From Eledone cirrhosa (taxonomy: Eukaryota), in assembly GCA_964016885.1 (NCBI GenBank), contig OZ024742.1:205964001-206028000 (forward strand): a stretch of 64,000 nt of DNA, written 5' to 3'. How positions within the stretch are numbered: the stretch's first letter is position 1; every line of letters starts with the position of its first letter. A program made the translations under genes and the position numbers. The notes below the pieces were generated by a model. It saw only the letters and a program-made list of their open reading frames with translations, did not search any database and was not told the origin of the DNA. Below are positions 38,985-50,399 of this stretch, one piece after another.

Positions 38985-41835
38985 ACCCAACCTCCGAGTA
39001 ACCCAACATTGCTACCCTTCAAAACGATGTTTTGGAACTCATACGGAGTATCAGATTTCGGAATAGGAGCAATTCCCTCCACAGGACCTGAAGAATAGAA
39101 TTTGTTCTATTAAGGATTCTGATGCTGTGCACGTCCATTCCGACAAAACTGGCAATCTATATCAAGTGGAGCGCAGTACTTACCATCTACTGCTACATAA
39201 TGCTGTAACTGAGGATTACCGGAAAACTAATCGGAGTGTCATTAATGACATCAACGATGCATGCCGTATTTAAAATCACCTCTGAACTCAACATCCCAGA
39301 CCGGACTGAACCTCTGGACCCTATTTCTCCCCCTTTACCCTGAAGGATCAGAAACCCAACAACCCCTCTCTTCGGTTTATTAACCCTACGAAATCCGATT
39401 TCGGTAGTCTTAGTAAAAGGATTTTAGATAGAATTATACCTGAAATTAGAAGCTTGGCCCCTCTTGCACTGTGGAACAATTCTTTCGCGGTGATTGATTG
39501 GTTCAATGGCATATGCAACAAGGAACATTGCCATTTTATCCAATTCGACATCAATAACTACTACTCCTCTATCACTTTACCACTTCTTCTTAGAGCTATC
39601 AATTTCGCTAAAACGCTCACAGTGGTTAAGGGTTCCGAAGTTGATGTCATCCTCAATGCCCGTAAGTCGGTGATTAATTTCGACGACTCTATTTGGATTA
39701 AAAAACCTAATAGTACCCCATTCGACGTGAGTATGGGCGCCAGCTATTGAGCCGAGGTTGCTGATGTTATCGGCATTTTCCTTCTTTTCTCTATCAAGGA
39801 AGAATTCCCCAATGTGGGCGGTGGTTTGTACCGTGATGACGGTCTTTTTGCCATGACAAAGTGTGGTCCACGCGCTTGCGACAGATTCAGAAAAGAACTC
39901 ACAGCCTTCTTTAAAGGCTTCAACCTATACAGGTTGAGGCCAACCTCTCGGTCGTTAATTACCTCGACGTTACCCTCAATTTGTCGAATGGCTTGCACTA
40001 CCCGTAGAGAAAGCCGAATGATACGCTTAATTACATAAGTAAGCATTCTAACCATCCTGCCAGCATAAGCAAGAACCTGGTAAGAAAGGTTTCTTTGAGG
40101 CTTTCCCGTCTATCTACAAACAAGCATATTTTCACCGACCATTCCACATATTACAATAAAGCTCTTGCTCGGAGTGGATTTGTCGATAAGGTAGCATATA
40201 CTAAGTATGAGCATAGACCAAGGAAAAATAGATCCTGACGCATTATATGTTGTAACAGACCATATAATATGGAGGTGGCCACACAATTAGCTAAGATCTT
40301 TCTCTCCCTTATTAAGAAGTATTTCCCCCAGCACATAAATATAATAACATTTTTAATAGAAATACCATTAAAATATCTTACTCTACGGCTCCTAACCTTG
40401 CATATAACATCACTGCTTCAATTACCTAGCCGTAGGAACATGTGCAACCCTGTAGCTAGTACTAACTGTAATTGTAAGAATCGGGTTGACTGCCCTCTAT
40501 CCGGGAAATGCCTCTCTAGTAACATTGTCTACAAATGTAAGATCGAAACACCCACGTCCCGTAGGGCCTACATAGGGTTAACCGCAAATATATTCAAGTA
40601 GCATCTTTACATGCACACCCATTCTTTTCTTAACCCTTTAAGAAGGAATATGACGTCACTTTCAGCTTACATCTGGAGTCTAAAAGACAACCACACCCAA
40701 TATAGGTTACACTGGGAGATCCTAGCTAAATTTAGATCGTATAACGGAAATAAAAGACCATGCGATCTTTGCGCCGCTGAAGCCCTGACCACACCTTAAA
40801 CAAAATATCTGAGGCAATTTCGGCTTGTAAACATAAATTGCATAAAACTTTCCTGTATTACAGCCCCACATTATACCCTAACGGACAGTCCAAATAATAC
40901 GCGGATAATTTACGTCTTGATGCGGTAGCTAAGTATATTTTATGTTTATACCATTACTTATTTGTATACCTTACCCGTATGTTTTGTGAAGGTACGTATA
41001 CTTTCTCGTACGTATATTTGCTTGTATTTGTTATAGGTGTATATATTATATTATATATACTGGTACATGTGTATATGGTTATGTGTATATGTGTATTTTG
41101 TGTTTGTGTGTGTATGCCTGTTTGCACGTATGTAAGGTGTGTATATGTGTACTTGTGATTAGGTTGACGTACGTTTAGTGAACATTTGTGTATTTACCTG
41201 TAGGTATGTGAGTGCGTGCGTTAGATACGTATTTATGTGTGTATATTTATATACGTTTATATAATTATATGTATACACACACACATATATATTTTTAATG
41301 TGTATTTGGTGTATAGGTTCGTATGTGTGCAGGTAGATATGTCGCGTGGGCTTATGTATGTGTGCGCGTGTTTATGTGTACGTGCTTATATACGCATGCT
41401 TGGCGAGTGTTTTCGCGTATGCTTGTGTATGTACGTATATGGATGCGTGTATGTATATATTTAATTATTGTCTATAACCTCTGTCATTTTCGTTCTACTA
41501 ATTTATTTACATTATTCCTAACTCTGAAGCCAAGAATCATTCAGTTTCCTAAAAAAGAAAATTAGTCTACGACTTCATTTATACCATAAACGTGGGTTTG
41601 TCTTTGCGTGTAATTGTTCTCATCGATCCACATAATGACATATCATCTTCGCTTTTTTCCGTTCATTGCCAGGGAACGTCTTCACGAACCAAAGTATCGT
41701 CTTCCTGTTTTCCTTCGGTTGCAACGATTTTCGACATATTTACTTCTGCGTTCACAGATTGATTTTTTTAGTTTCAGAAGATCCCGTTAAGGGTGAAAGC
41801 AGCGATTTTTTGCTTAAACTTTAATCTGTTATTTT
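38985..41835 (+). mobile_element. Penelope-like element (RT plus C-terminal GIY-YIG), frameshifted, with long 3' UTR
   Basis: FIQFDINNYYSSI, FDVSMGASY*AEV, GGLYRDDGL, CNCKNRVDCPLSGKC, IVYKC...AYIGLT, CDLC; ends in an HHR motif and (TA)n. Confidence 0.9.
41755..41828 (+). ncRNA. Type I hammerhead motif in PLE 3' end (core U4A substitution)
   Basis: GTTT-CAGAAGA-T-CCC GTTAA GGG-T-GAAA-GCA...TGC-TT-AAAC, with a distal stem I helix CAGATTGA/TTAATCTG. Confidence 0.75.
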
Positions 41836-41836
41836 A

Positions 41837-41867
<31 letters not shown>

Positions 41868-42100
41868 GTAATATATATATATATATATATATAATATATA
41901 TAAAATATATATATATATATAAAATATATATATATATATATAAAATATATATATATATATAAAATATATATATATATATATAAAATATATATATATATAA
42001 AATATATATATATATAAAATATATATATATATATAAAATATAATATATATAAAATATATATATATATAAAATATATATATATATATAAAATATATATATA
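41836..42100. repeat. (TA)n-derived microsatellite
   Basis: Direct observation. Confidence 0.97.
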
Positions 42101-42226
42101 TGAAGAGAAACATAGAATATTCGAAAATATTCTGTATGTTTATAATAAACATTTTGAAGACCCAATCGCTATAGAATAGAATACGTCACGTATTACAATT
42201 TGAGATTCTCGATAAAAGCAAGGGAA

Positions 42227-42269
42227 GTAACCTACGCGTTTCATTCTTATTAGAAATCATCAGGATTAC
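42227..42269 (-). ncRNA. Type I hammerhead ribozyme
   Basis: Reverse complement of 42768-42810. Confidence 0.88.
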
Positions 42270-42538
42270 ATATCCAATGCTTTTATCGAGAACGACACAG
42301 CTAGAGACTTATAGAATACTTAGCTGTGTACAGGAACTGGTTTGAAAGAGCGGTAGCCGGTCCGGCAGAAATTAGAATTTGGATATAATGCTCTGAAATA
42401 GCGATATATATGTGAAGAGAAACATAGAATATTCGAAAATATTCTGTATGTTTATAATAAACATTTTGAAGACCCAATCGCTATAGAATAGAATACGTCA
42501 CGTATTACAATTTGAGATTCTCGATAAAAGCAAGGGAA

Positions 42539-42581
42539 GTAACCTACGCGTTTCATTCTTATTAGAAATCATCAGGATTAC
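42539..42581 (-). ncRNA. Type I hammerhead ribozyme
   Basis: Same motif, 312 nt from the previous copy. Confidence 0.88.
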
Positions 42582-42767
42582 ATATCCAATGCTTTTATCG
42601 AGAACGACACAGCTAGAGACTTATAGAATACTTAGCTGTGTACAGGAACTGGTTTGAAATTCTAATTTCTGCCGGACCGGCTACCGCTCTTTCAAACCAG
42701 TTCCTGTACACAGCTAAGTATTCTATAAGTCTCTAGCTGTGTCGTTCTCGATAAAAGCATTGGATAT

Positions 42768-42810
42768 GTAATCCTGATGATTTCTAATAAGAATGAAACG
42801 CGTAGGTTAC
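42768..42810 (+). ncRNA. Type I hammerhead ribozyme, minimal, palindromic stem III
   Basis: GTAATC-CTGATGA-T-TTCT AATA AGAA-T-GAAA-CGCG-TA-GGTTAC, enclosed by a 15-bp helix TTCTCGATAAAAGCA (42745-42759) / TGCTTTTATCGAGAA (42817-42831). Confidence 0.88.
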
Positions 42811-42970
42811 TTCCCTTGCTTTTATCGAGAATCTCAAATTGTAATACGTGACGTATTCTATTCTATAGCGATTGGGTCTTCAAAATGTTTATTATAAACA
42901 TACAGAATATTTTCGAATATTCTATGTTTCTCTTCACATATATATCGCTATTTCAGAGCATTATATCCAA

Positions 42971-42987
42971 ATATATATATATATAAA

Positions 42988-43019
<32 letters not shown>

Positions 43020-43354
43020 TATATAATATATATATAATATATATATATAAAATATATATATATATAATATATATATATAATATATATATATATATAATAT
43101 ATATATATGATATATATATATATATAATATATATATATAATATATATATATATATAATATATATATATGATATATATATATATATAATATATATATATAA
43201 TATATATATATATATATAATATATATATAATATATATATAATATATATATATAATATATATATATATATATAATATATATATAATATATATATAATATAT
43301 ATATATATAACATATATATAATATATATATATAATATAAATATAATATATATAT

Positions 43355-43397
<43 letters not shown>

Positions 43398-43468
43398 TAT
43401 ATATATAATATATATATATATATATAATATATATATATATATATAATATATATATATATATATAATAT

Positions 43469-43531
<63 letters not shown>

Positions 43532-43573
43532 ATATATATATATATAATATATATATATATATATAATATATAT

Positions 43574-43622
<49 letters not shown>

Positions 43623-43745
43623 TATATATAGTATATAATATATATATATAATATATATATATAATATATATATATAATATATATATATAATATATATATA
43701 TATATATAATATATATATATAATATATATATATATAATATATAAT

Positions 43746-43813
<68 letters not shown>

Positions 43814-43830
43814 AAATATATATATATATA
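42971..43830. repeat. Long (TA)n/(TATAA)n microsatellite, about 860 bp
   Basis: Direct observation. Confidence 0.98.
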
Positions 43831-44381
43831 TGTATGAATATATGTATTGTATATTTACCAATATACCATATTTTTAATTAAAAACATTTTGAAGATCATA
43901 CGCTCTCAGTTTTAAAGTAGTGACTATGTCACTTGCTTCTTTTCGGCAAAGGAAGGGAGAGAAGCTGAGAGTCTGTTTCAGACTGTTTGGCGATCATCAG
44001 AGCCACGCACTCCCTGTTTCCGCCAAAAATTATAGAAGCTGGATTCTTATAGAATTCCAGTAATAATCAGGAGCTGAATATACAGACCGATTGCCGGTCC
44101 AGCAAAAATTAGGTATTGCTGGAATTCTATAAGAATCCAGCTTCTAGAATTTTCGGCGGATGCAGGGAGTGCGTCTCTCTGATGATCTCCAAACAGCATG
44201 AAACAGACTGTTAGCTTCTCTCCCTTCTTTTGCTAAAAAGAAGTAAGTGACATAGTCACTACTTTAAAACCAATAGCGTATGGTCTTCAAAATGTTTTTA
44301 TTAAACATACGGTATATTGCCAAACATACTATACATACATTCATGTATACATCGCTATTTCAGAACACCAATCCTAATACC
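43830..44381. mobile_element. Older fold-back element related to the 312-nt family, one HHR motif per arm
   Basis: About 43830-44063 is an imperfect reverse complement of about 44115-44347; shares AAACATTTTGAAGA, GCCGGTCC(A/G)GCA(A/G)AAATTAG and CGCTATTTCAGA with the 312-nt unit; HHR cores at 43964-44003 (-) and 44176-44215 (+). Confidence 0.8.
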
Positions 44382-44414
44382 ATATATATATATATATATA
44401 TATATATAAAGCAT

Positions 44415-45085
44415 AAACGAACTAAGGAAAAAATTAGAAATAAGAGGGATCAGATGTTGTTTACTAGAGAGAAGGCTACGTTGGTATGGTCACGTGATGC
44501 GCATGAAGGACGATAGCTGTATAACAAAGTGCAGGGCAATAAAGATAGACGGTAGCCACGGAATAGGCAGACCCAGAAAAACCTGGGACGAGCTGATAAA
44601 CTCCGACCTCACACAGTTACACCTCACCAAGACAATGTCACTGGACCGAGACCTTTGGCGGTACTCAGTAATAGAGAAGACCCGCCTTACCTAAATACAA
44701 AGTAAAACCTACTACAGTCAGTAGGCATCTCTAACAAAATACACCCCCGTCCCACCACCCCCACCCCATCCACACCGCCCCCTCTATGTAAAGTTATGTT
44801 GGTGCCACACCATCCAGGCCGAAACAAATGAGATCGTGTAGGTGTCACGACAAAAAAACACACAGTCCACGCTGTAATGTGGCCGTGTAGGCAACACGGT
44901 AAAAACCTCCCAGACCCACACTGTAAATGTGGTTGGTGTTAGGAAGGGCATCCAACTGTAGAAAACCTGCCAGACAGTCCTATGCGAGCAAGACAATCAC
45001 TCTTGCCTCAAGTGGGAAAACCCCCGTCCAAACCCATGCAAGCGTGGAACACGGACGTTAAACGATGATGATGATGATGATGATA
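44415..45085 (+). mobile_element. RTE-clade LINE, 5'-truncated
   Basis: MMRMKDDSCITKCRAIKIDGSHGIGRPRKTW plus 3' tail and (GAT)n; close copy of 46390-47050 and, inverted, of 63617-64000. Confidence 0.88.
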
Positions 45086-45248
45086 TAATATATATAATAT
45101 ATATATCGGCTACACGCACACACATATATATCCTAAAACACGGTTCCTCTATGAGCAGGGTATGGTATGGCCAACGCCACACCATATATATATAAAGAAT
45201 TTCGTTTTTAAAATATAAAAACTGGAAAGAAGTAGGTGGAGAAGTTAA

Positions 45249-45452
45249 AACAGCTCAAAATACGTACTTGATACTGCTCTCGTTAAAGAAAATAATATGC
45301 TGAGAGAACTAAAGCTTTGTAAAATCTGTTTCGATGAAGAATTGAGTGTGGTGTTTTTACCATGTGGCCATTTGATCACATGTGCGTCTGCTCTCAAAAA
45401 CTGTCCTTTGAGTAAAAAAAAAATTCAAGGACTGGTTAAGGTGTATTTCTGA
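45249..45452 (+). pseudogene. IAP-type C-terminal RING finger fragment
   Basis: Manual translation: LVKENNMLRELKLCKICFDEELSVVFLPCGHLITCASALKNCPLSKKKIQGLVKVYF*; two zinc ligands missing. Confidence 0.75.
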
Positions 45453-45544
45453 GGAAATGAATTTTTGTAACCTCTGACACAGAAATAACAGTTATCTTGT
45501 AGTTGAAAAAATAATTGAATAATTTAAAATTTAATTAATAATAG

Positions 45545-45925
45545 CTCACACACGACCGCGACCTCTTGCGTCATACAGCAATACAGAAGACCCGACTTCC
45601 CACGGGTACAATCTGAAGCTGAAACATATAGACAATATGTCCCCCACCCCCCACTGCAAAGTGGTCGTGGAGGTGCCATGGCAAAAAAGCACCCAGCCCA
45701 CACTGTAAAGTGGATGTGTAGGCGCCATGGGAAAAAGCACCCACCACTCACTCTAAATGAGGTTGGTGTTAGGAAGTGCATCCAGCTGTAGAAATCTAGC
45801 CAGAATCAGTTCCCGTATGAGCAAGGCAAGGTCAGCCAACCGGACACTGCCCACAACAGGACAACCCGTCTAATCGATGCTAGCCTGGAAGAACGGATGT
45901 AAAAACGGTGATGATGATGATGATA
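45545..45925 (+). mobile_element. RTE 3'-tail repeat
   Basis: Reverse complement of the 20180-20560 family; ends in (GAT)n. Confidence 0.75.
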
Positions 45926-45929
45926 TATA

Positions 45930-47050
45930 TATGTCCCAAATGCAAAGTATGGGTACATAAAAGATGTAGTGGGATCACAGGTAAGCTAACTAAGAATATA
46001 GATTTTATATGTGGCCGGTGCTCTGGTGCAATAAGTAGCAGCAAGAGCCCACAGAATACTAACTCATTCCATTGCACAGATGGTTCTATAGAAATAGTGG
46101 ACAGCTTCCGTTACCTGGGTGATAAAATCAGCAGTGGGGGAGGGTGCTCTGAAAGTACAGTAGCTAGAGTCAGAATGGGAGGGAAAAAGTTCAGAGAGCT
46201 TATACCACTATTGGCCGCTAAAGGGTTCTCTCTAAAAAGGAAAGGCAGGCTGTATGATGCCTGCATACGAACAGCAATGTTACATGGCAGTGAGACCTGG
46301 GCATTGTGTGCAGAGGATATACGCAGACTGGAGAGAAACGAAGCTTGCATGCTCCGCTGGATGTGTAATAGTAATATACATGAACGGCAAAGCATAAACG
46401 AACTAACGGAGAAATTAGAAATAAGAGGGATCAGATGTTGTTTACTCGAGAAGACTACGTTGGTATGGTCACGTGATGCGCATGAAAGACGACAACTGTA
46501 TAAAAAAGTGCAGGGCAATAAAAATAGACGGTAGTCACGGAGTAGGCAGACCCAGAAAAACCTGGGATGACTTGATAAATTCCGACCTCACACACTTACA
46601 CCTCTCCAAGACAATGTCACTGGACCGAGAGCTTTGGCGCTACACAGTAATAGAGAAGACCCGCCTTACCTAAGTACAAAGTGAAACCTACTACAGCCAG
46701 TAGACACCTCTAACAAAATACACCCCCGTCCCACTACCCACACCACCCCTTTCAATGTAAAGTTATGTTGGTGTCACAACATCCAGCCCGAAACAAATGA
46801 GGTCGTGTAGGTGTCACGACAAAAAAACACACAGTCTATGCTGTAATGTGGCCGTGTAGGTAACACGGTAAAAACCTCCCAGTTCCACACTGTAAATGTG
46901 GTTGGTGTTAGGAAGGGCATCCAGCCGTAGAAAACCAGCCAGACAGTCCTATGCAAGCAAGACAACCACTCTTGCCTCAAGTGGGAAAACTCCCATCCAA
47001 ACCCATGCAAGCGTGGAATATGGACGTTAAACGATGATGATCATGATGAT
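45930..47050 (+). mobile_element. RTE-clade LINE, 5'-truncated
   Basis: ORF 45908..46534: CPKCKVWVHKRCSG...CGRC, VDSFRYLG, MLHGSETW; frameshift into 46473..46673; 3' tail and (GAT)n. Confidence 0.9.
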
Positions 47051-47774
47051 ATATATATATATATATATATATGATGATGATCATCATCATCGTTTAACAT
47101 CTATCTTTCATGCTAGCATGGATTGATGATATATATATATGATATATATATATGATATATATATATAATACTTATATAAATAATATATATATAATACATA
47201 TATAATATATATATATAATATATAGATAGATATGTGGTTGAATTAGAACGGATCTCATAAATATTGAGAGTTTAATTTCTAAATACTCTGCATCTACCAG
47301 TGTCATGTATGTTATTAATCCTAAGATATAAAAGTAAATTATTATGACAGGTTTCCTTTGATATACTACTCTAAATTTTTAATTTACCTTGATTCCTAAA
47401 TTATCAATTATCTAGCTATATTTTCATAAATATTTGCATCATTCAAATATTTGTACAGAAATTCATTCATCAAACATATTAAATTAATAGATATGGTACA
47501 CTCACAACGAGATATGAATGTTCTTGTATGTTATATTTTCAATTTTCCATTTCTTTTTATTTATTTTATTTTATTATTAATAATGAAAAATATTTATCCT
47601 TTCTACACCTTATATGTAATTATTTCTTTTTCATAGTACATTATAGCAGAAGTGGTATTTTACTGGTTATAGTTTTAATCACAAACACTTTTCATTGTGC
47701 TTGAATGTTTAGCATTAACCAGCTACTCTATCTAATTGCTCTCACTCTGATTAATTGGCAAGATTCCAAACCTC

Positions 47775-48002
47775 ATTTGCTTGCCGAGTGGGGTGGACCT
47801 CATGAAATCGGACCAAGGAAACAATGTTTCCATTGGTCTTTCCATTGCTGATACTATCTACTTGTCGCAACTCCTGGCAGAAAGAGCAACATGAAATAAA
47901 GTGTCTTGTTCAAAGACACAATGCATCACCTGGTCTGAGAATTGACCTCACAATCTCACTATTGCGAATCCAACTCTCTAACCACTAAGCCACGTGCCTT
48001 CA
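47775..48002 (-). mobile_element. tRNA-derived SINE
   Basis: Minus strand begins AGGCACGTGGCTTAGTGGTTAGAG (A-box) and GGTCAATTCTC (B-box-like); same head at 19975-20115 and 61630-61750. Confidence 0.75.
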
Positions 48003-48805
48003 CAAATGTAATACATTACATTATTTATTGTTTCCTTTATAAAAACTCATTGACACCCATAATGCAGAAGAGAAGAAGATAGTTATATACTGGGAATTAA
48101 CTGACCACTTCCTTTTCATGCTGGTTGCTGCTAAGACCTCTGTTGTCTTCAGTTCCTGAACTGCCACTTTCTTCTGAAAAATTGAGATGTGTAGATCCTG
48201 CCTGAGAAGGAGCCCTATCAGTTAGCATGTTGCTAGCTTTTATATGCAGCAATGCCTTTGCCATTTTGTCCAAGGGGCACATCTAAGATATATCACCTAA
48301 TCTGCCATTCCCTTTCCCTTCATTTTCTTCTATCTTTCTTTGCCGTTTTTTTTAAAAATATGCAGGCATTGATAAGTTGTTTATTTCTTTCTTTTATTTT
48401 GAAATAAATTTTATTAGAATTTAAAATACATTGTAGACTATGGAAGAGTTAACTTCAGCAGCTGATCCTTTTCTAGCAGTTTTATAAAACTTTGTATCTT
48501 ATTAGATATTGGTATCAACATTTCATTTCCTTTTTTTTTTAGTGGGTGGGGTTAAAGGAAATCAACTTCAGCCAGTTAATAAATGATATTGTAAATGACT
48601 ATCTTTGAAAAATTAACTTGAATTAACTAATTATTTTACATTTACATATGCTATAAGTTGATCTATACATGCATAATCAATTTAGCATTACTTCATAATC
48701 AGATATTTTGTGTGTGCATGTTTTCTGGTGGTGAACATAAGTGACTGACGTGAACACAAGATTAAAGCAATAACTAATTAGTTATGTGGGTCAGAACATT
48801 TAGTT

Positions 48806-48950
48806 CAGTCATGGGCAAACTGCAGTCCGCAAGCCACATGTGGCCCATTTGGCTTTCTGAATGACATGCTTAATTTTGAGATTGACTTAAATTTTTTAGT
48901 AGAGCTACAATCTATGTGGCTCACTGCTCAAGAAGTGTTGCCTGTGCCTG
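48806..48950. mobile_element. hAT-Charlie MITE (145 bp)
   Basis: Ends CAGTCATGGGCAA / TTGCCTGTGCCTG; perfect 8-bp TSD ATTTAGTT at 48798-48805 and 48951-48958. Confidence 0.82.
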
Positions 48951-49589
48951 ATTTAGTTCATTCCATCCAGATGAAAACTGATAATATTATTTCTTGAATG
49001 CTAGGTAGCTTCTATTAACCTTTTTCATATCAACCCACCAAAAACTGCCTGCCTCTGATTCTATGAAACAAAATTACCCTATTTAAATATTTCAACTTGA
49101 CTTGCTATAAGGACCTTTTGTTAAATTATGTTGCAAATATTACCTTTATAATGAAATAATCAATTTTTTAGTAAATCCCTCCAAACTCTTCATTAACTAA
49201 TTCAAATACAGTGTATTTAATTAGAAATATGGTAATGAAAGAGTTTTAAAACCTAAGTATGTATGTAGCAGGTACCGTGGTGCTCTGTTAAGATCTATAG
49301 AAATTGGATGACTTAGTTACATTTCTAGTGTGATTGTCAATTATCTAATACTTATGGAATATGCACATAAGAAATTAAGAAATTATTCATTTATTAGATT
49401 GTAATATTTAAAAGTTGGAAATTGTTTTACCAATTTGACATTAATAGAATCAAGGTTTGATTTTCATGTAATGTATGATTCTATATATTTATATATAAAA
49501 TGTCCTCATATATCAACATCATATATATATATGTATATATGTATATATATATAAATATACATACATACAAACATACGTACACACATACA

Positions 49590-50370
49590 AACATGTCACC
49601 CATGTCATAAGCAGCTGTCCAAAGATGTCATTACAGTACTATCTACCGATGAGGCATGATGTAGTGGCCAAAAGACTGTACAATGCAATCTGTAAAAAAG
49701 ATAGCCCCGACAATAAACACATTAAAAGCTACAGCAATGTGGTAGACATACACATATAGGATATGAAAGAGTAGTAGTGGAATGTTCCAGTCAAAACCCC
49801 AATAAATGCAGGCATAACAGACCAGATATGATATGGTACAGAGAAAAGAAGGCATGCAAAGTAGTAGAAGTTAGCTGCCCAGCAGATGCCAATATAATAT
49901 TAAAGATTAGCATAAAGGAGAATATCTATGCAGAACTAATGGGAAATCTACAGATACTCCACCCTGACTATACCTTCAGATTTATTGGGGCACTGGGATA
50001 TGTTAGTAACTGCCTCAATGCAAATCTTGAGAAGCTAGGCTTCACAGAAACACAAAGAACACGACTAGTTAAAAAATTACAAGTACAATTCATTAATGGA
50101 GCAGTAAAAATATGTAAAACATTCCAAAAATTCTGCATCTAATAACTGCATATACACATGTACAGATACAAAGCATATACACATGCACACATAACTCAAA
50201 ACATACACCTTCACACACACATACAATAACATCCATACCTGCACACGCATGCATGCATACAGACATATCAACCTAGTTGATGTGAAAATTCCAATGAGGG
50301 AGTCTTGTAACTATGTTAGAAACCGACTCTTTCTATTGGTAAAAATGTGAAATTATAAAACCTGAAGAAC
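49590..50370 (+). mobile_element. R4/Dong-like non-LTR retrotransposon 3' fragment (restriction-like endonuclease)
   Basis: HVISSCPKMS...YLPMRHDVVAK, then HNRPDMIW...VVEVSCP...K...Y and IGALG (ORF 49777..50142). 3' boundary approximate. Confidence 0.8.
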
Positions 50371-50399
50371 ATGCATACATACATACATACATATATATA

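Larger units (their letters stand above)
42101..42970. mobile_element. Non-coding HHR-containing retrozyme-like element, 312-nt unit, 1.8 tandem units plus one inverted unit
   Basis: TGAAGAGAAACATAG at 42101 and 42413 (period 312); from about 42657 the sequence is the reverse complement of one permuted unit; (TA)n on both flanks; copies look identical by eye. Confidence 0.9.

Noticed and set aside
30620-43313. Long IY/YI-rich ORFs (30620-30926, 33664-34110, 41821-42165, 42872-43313)
   Set aside because: They are translations of (TA)n/(CA)n microsatellites, not proteins.
47900-48002. tRNA gene
   Set aside because: A/B boxes present but no cloverleaf; it is a multi-copy SINE head.
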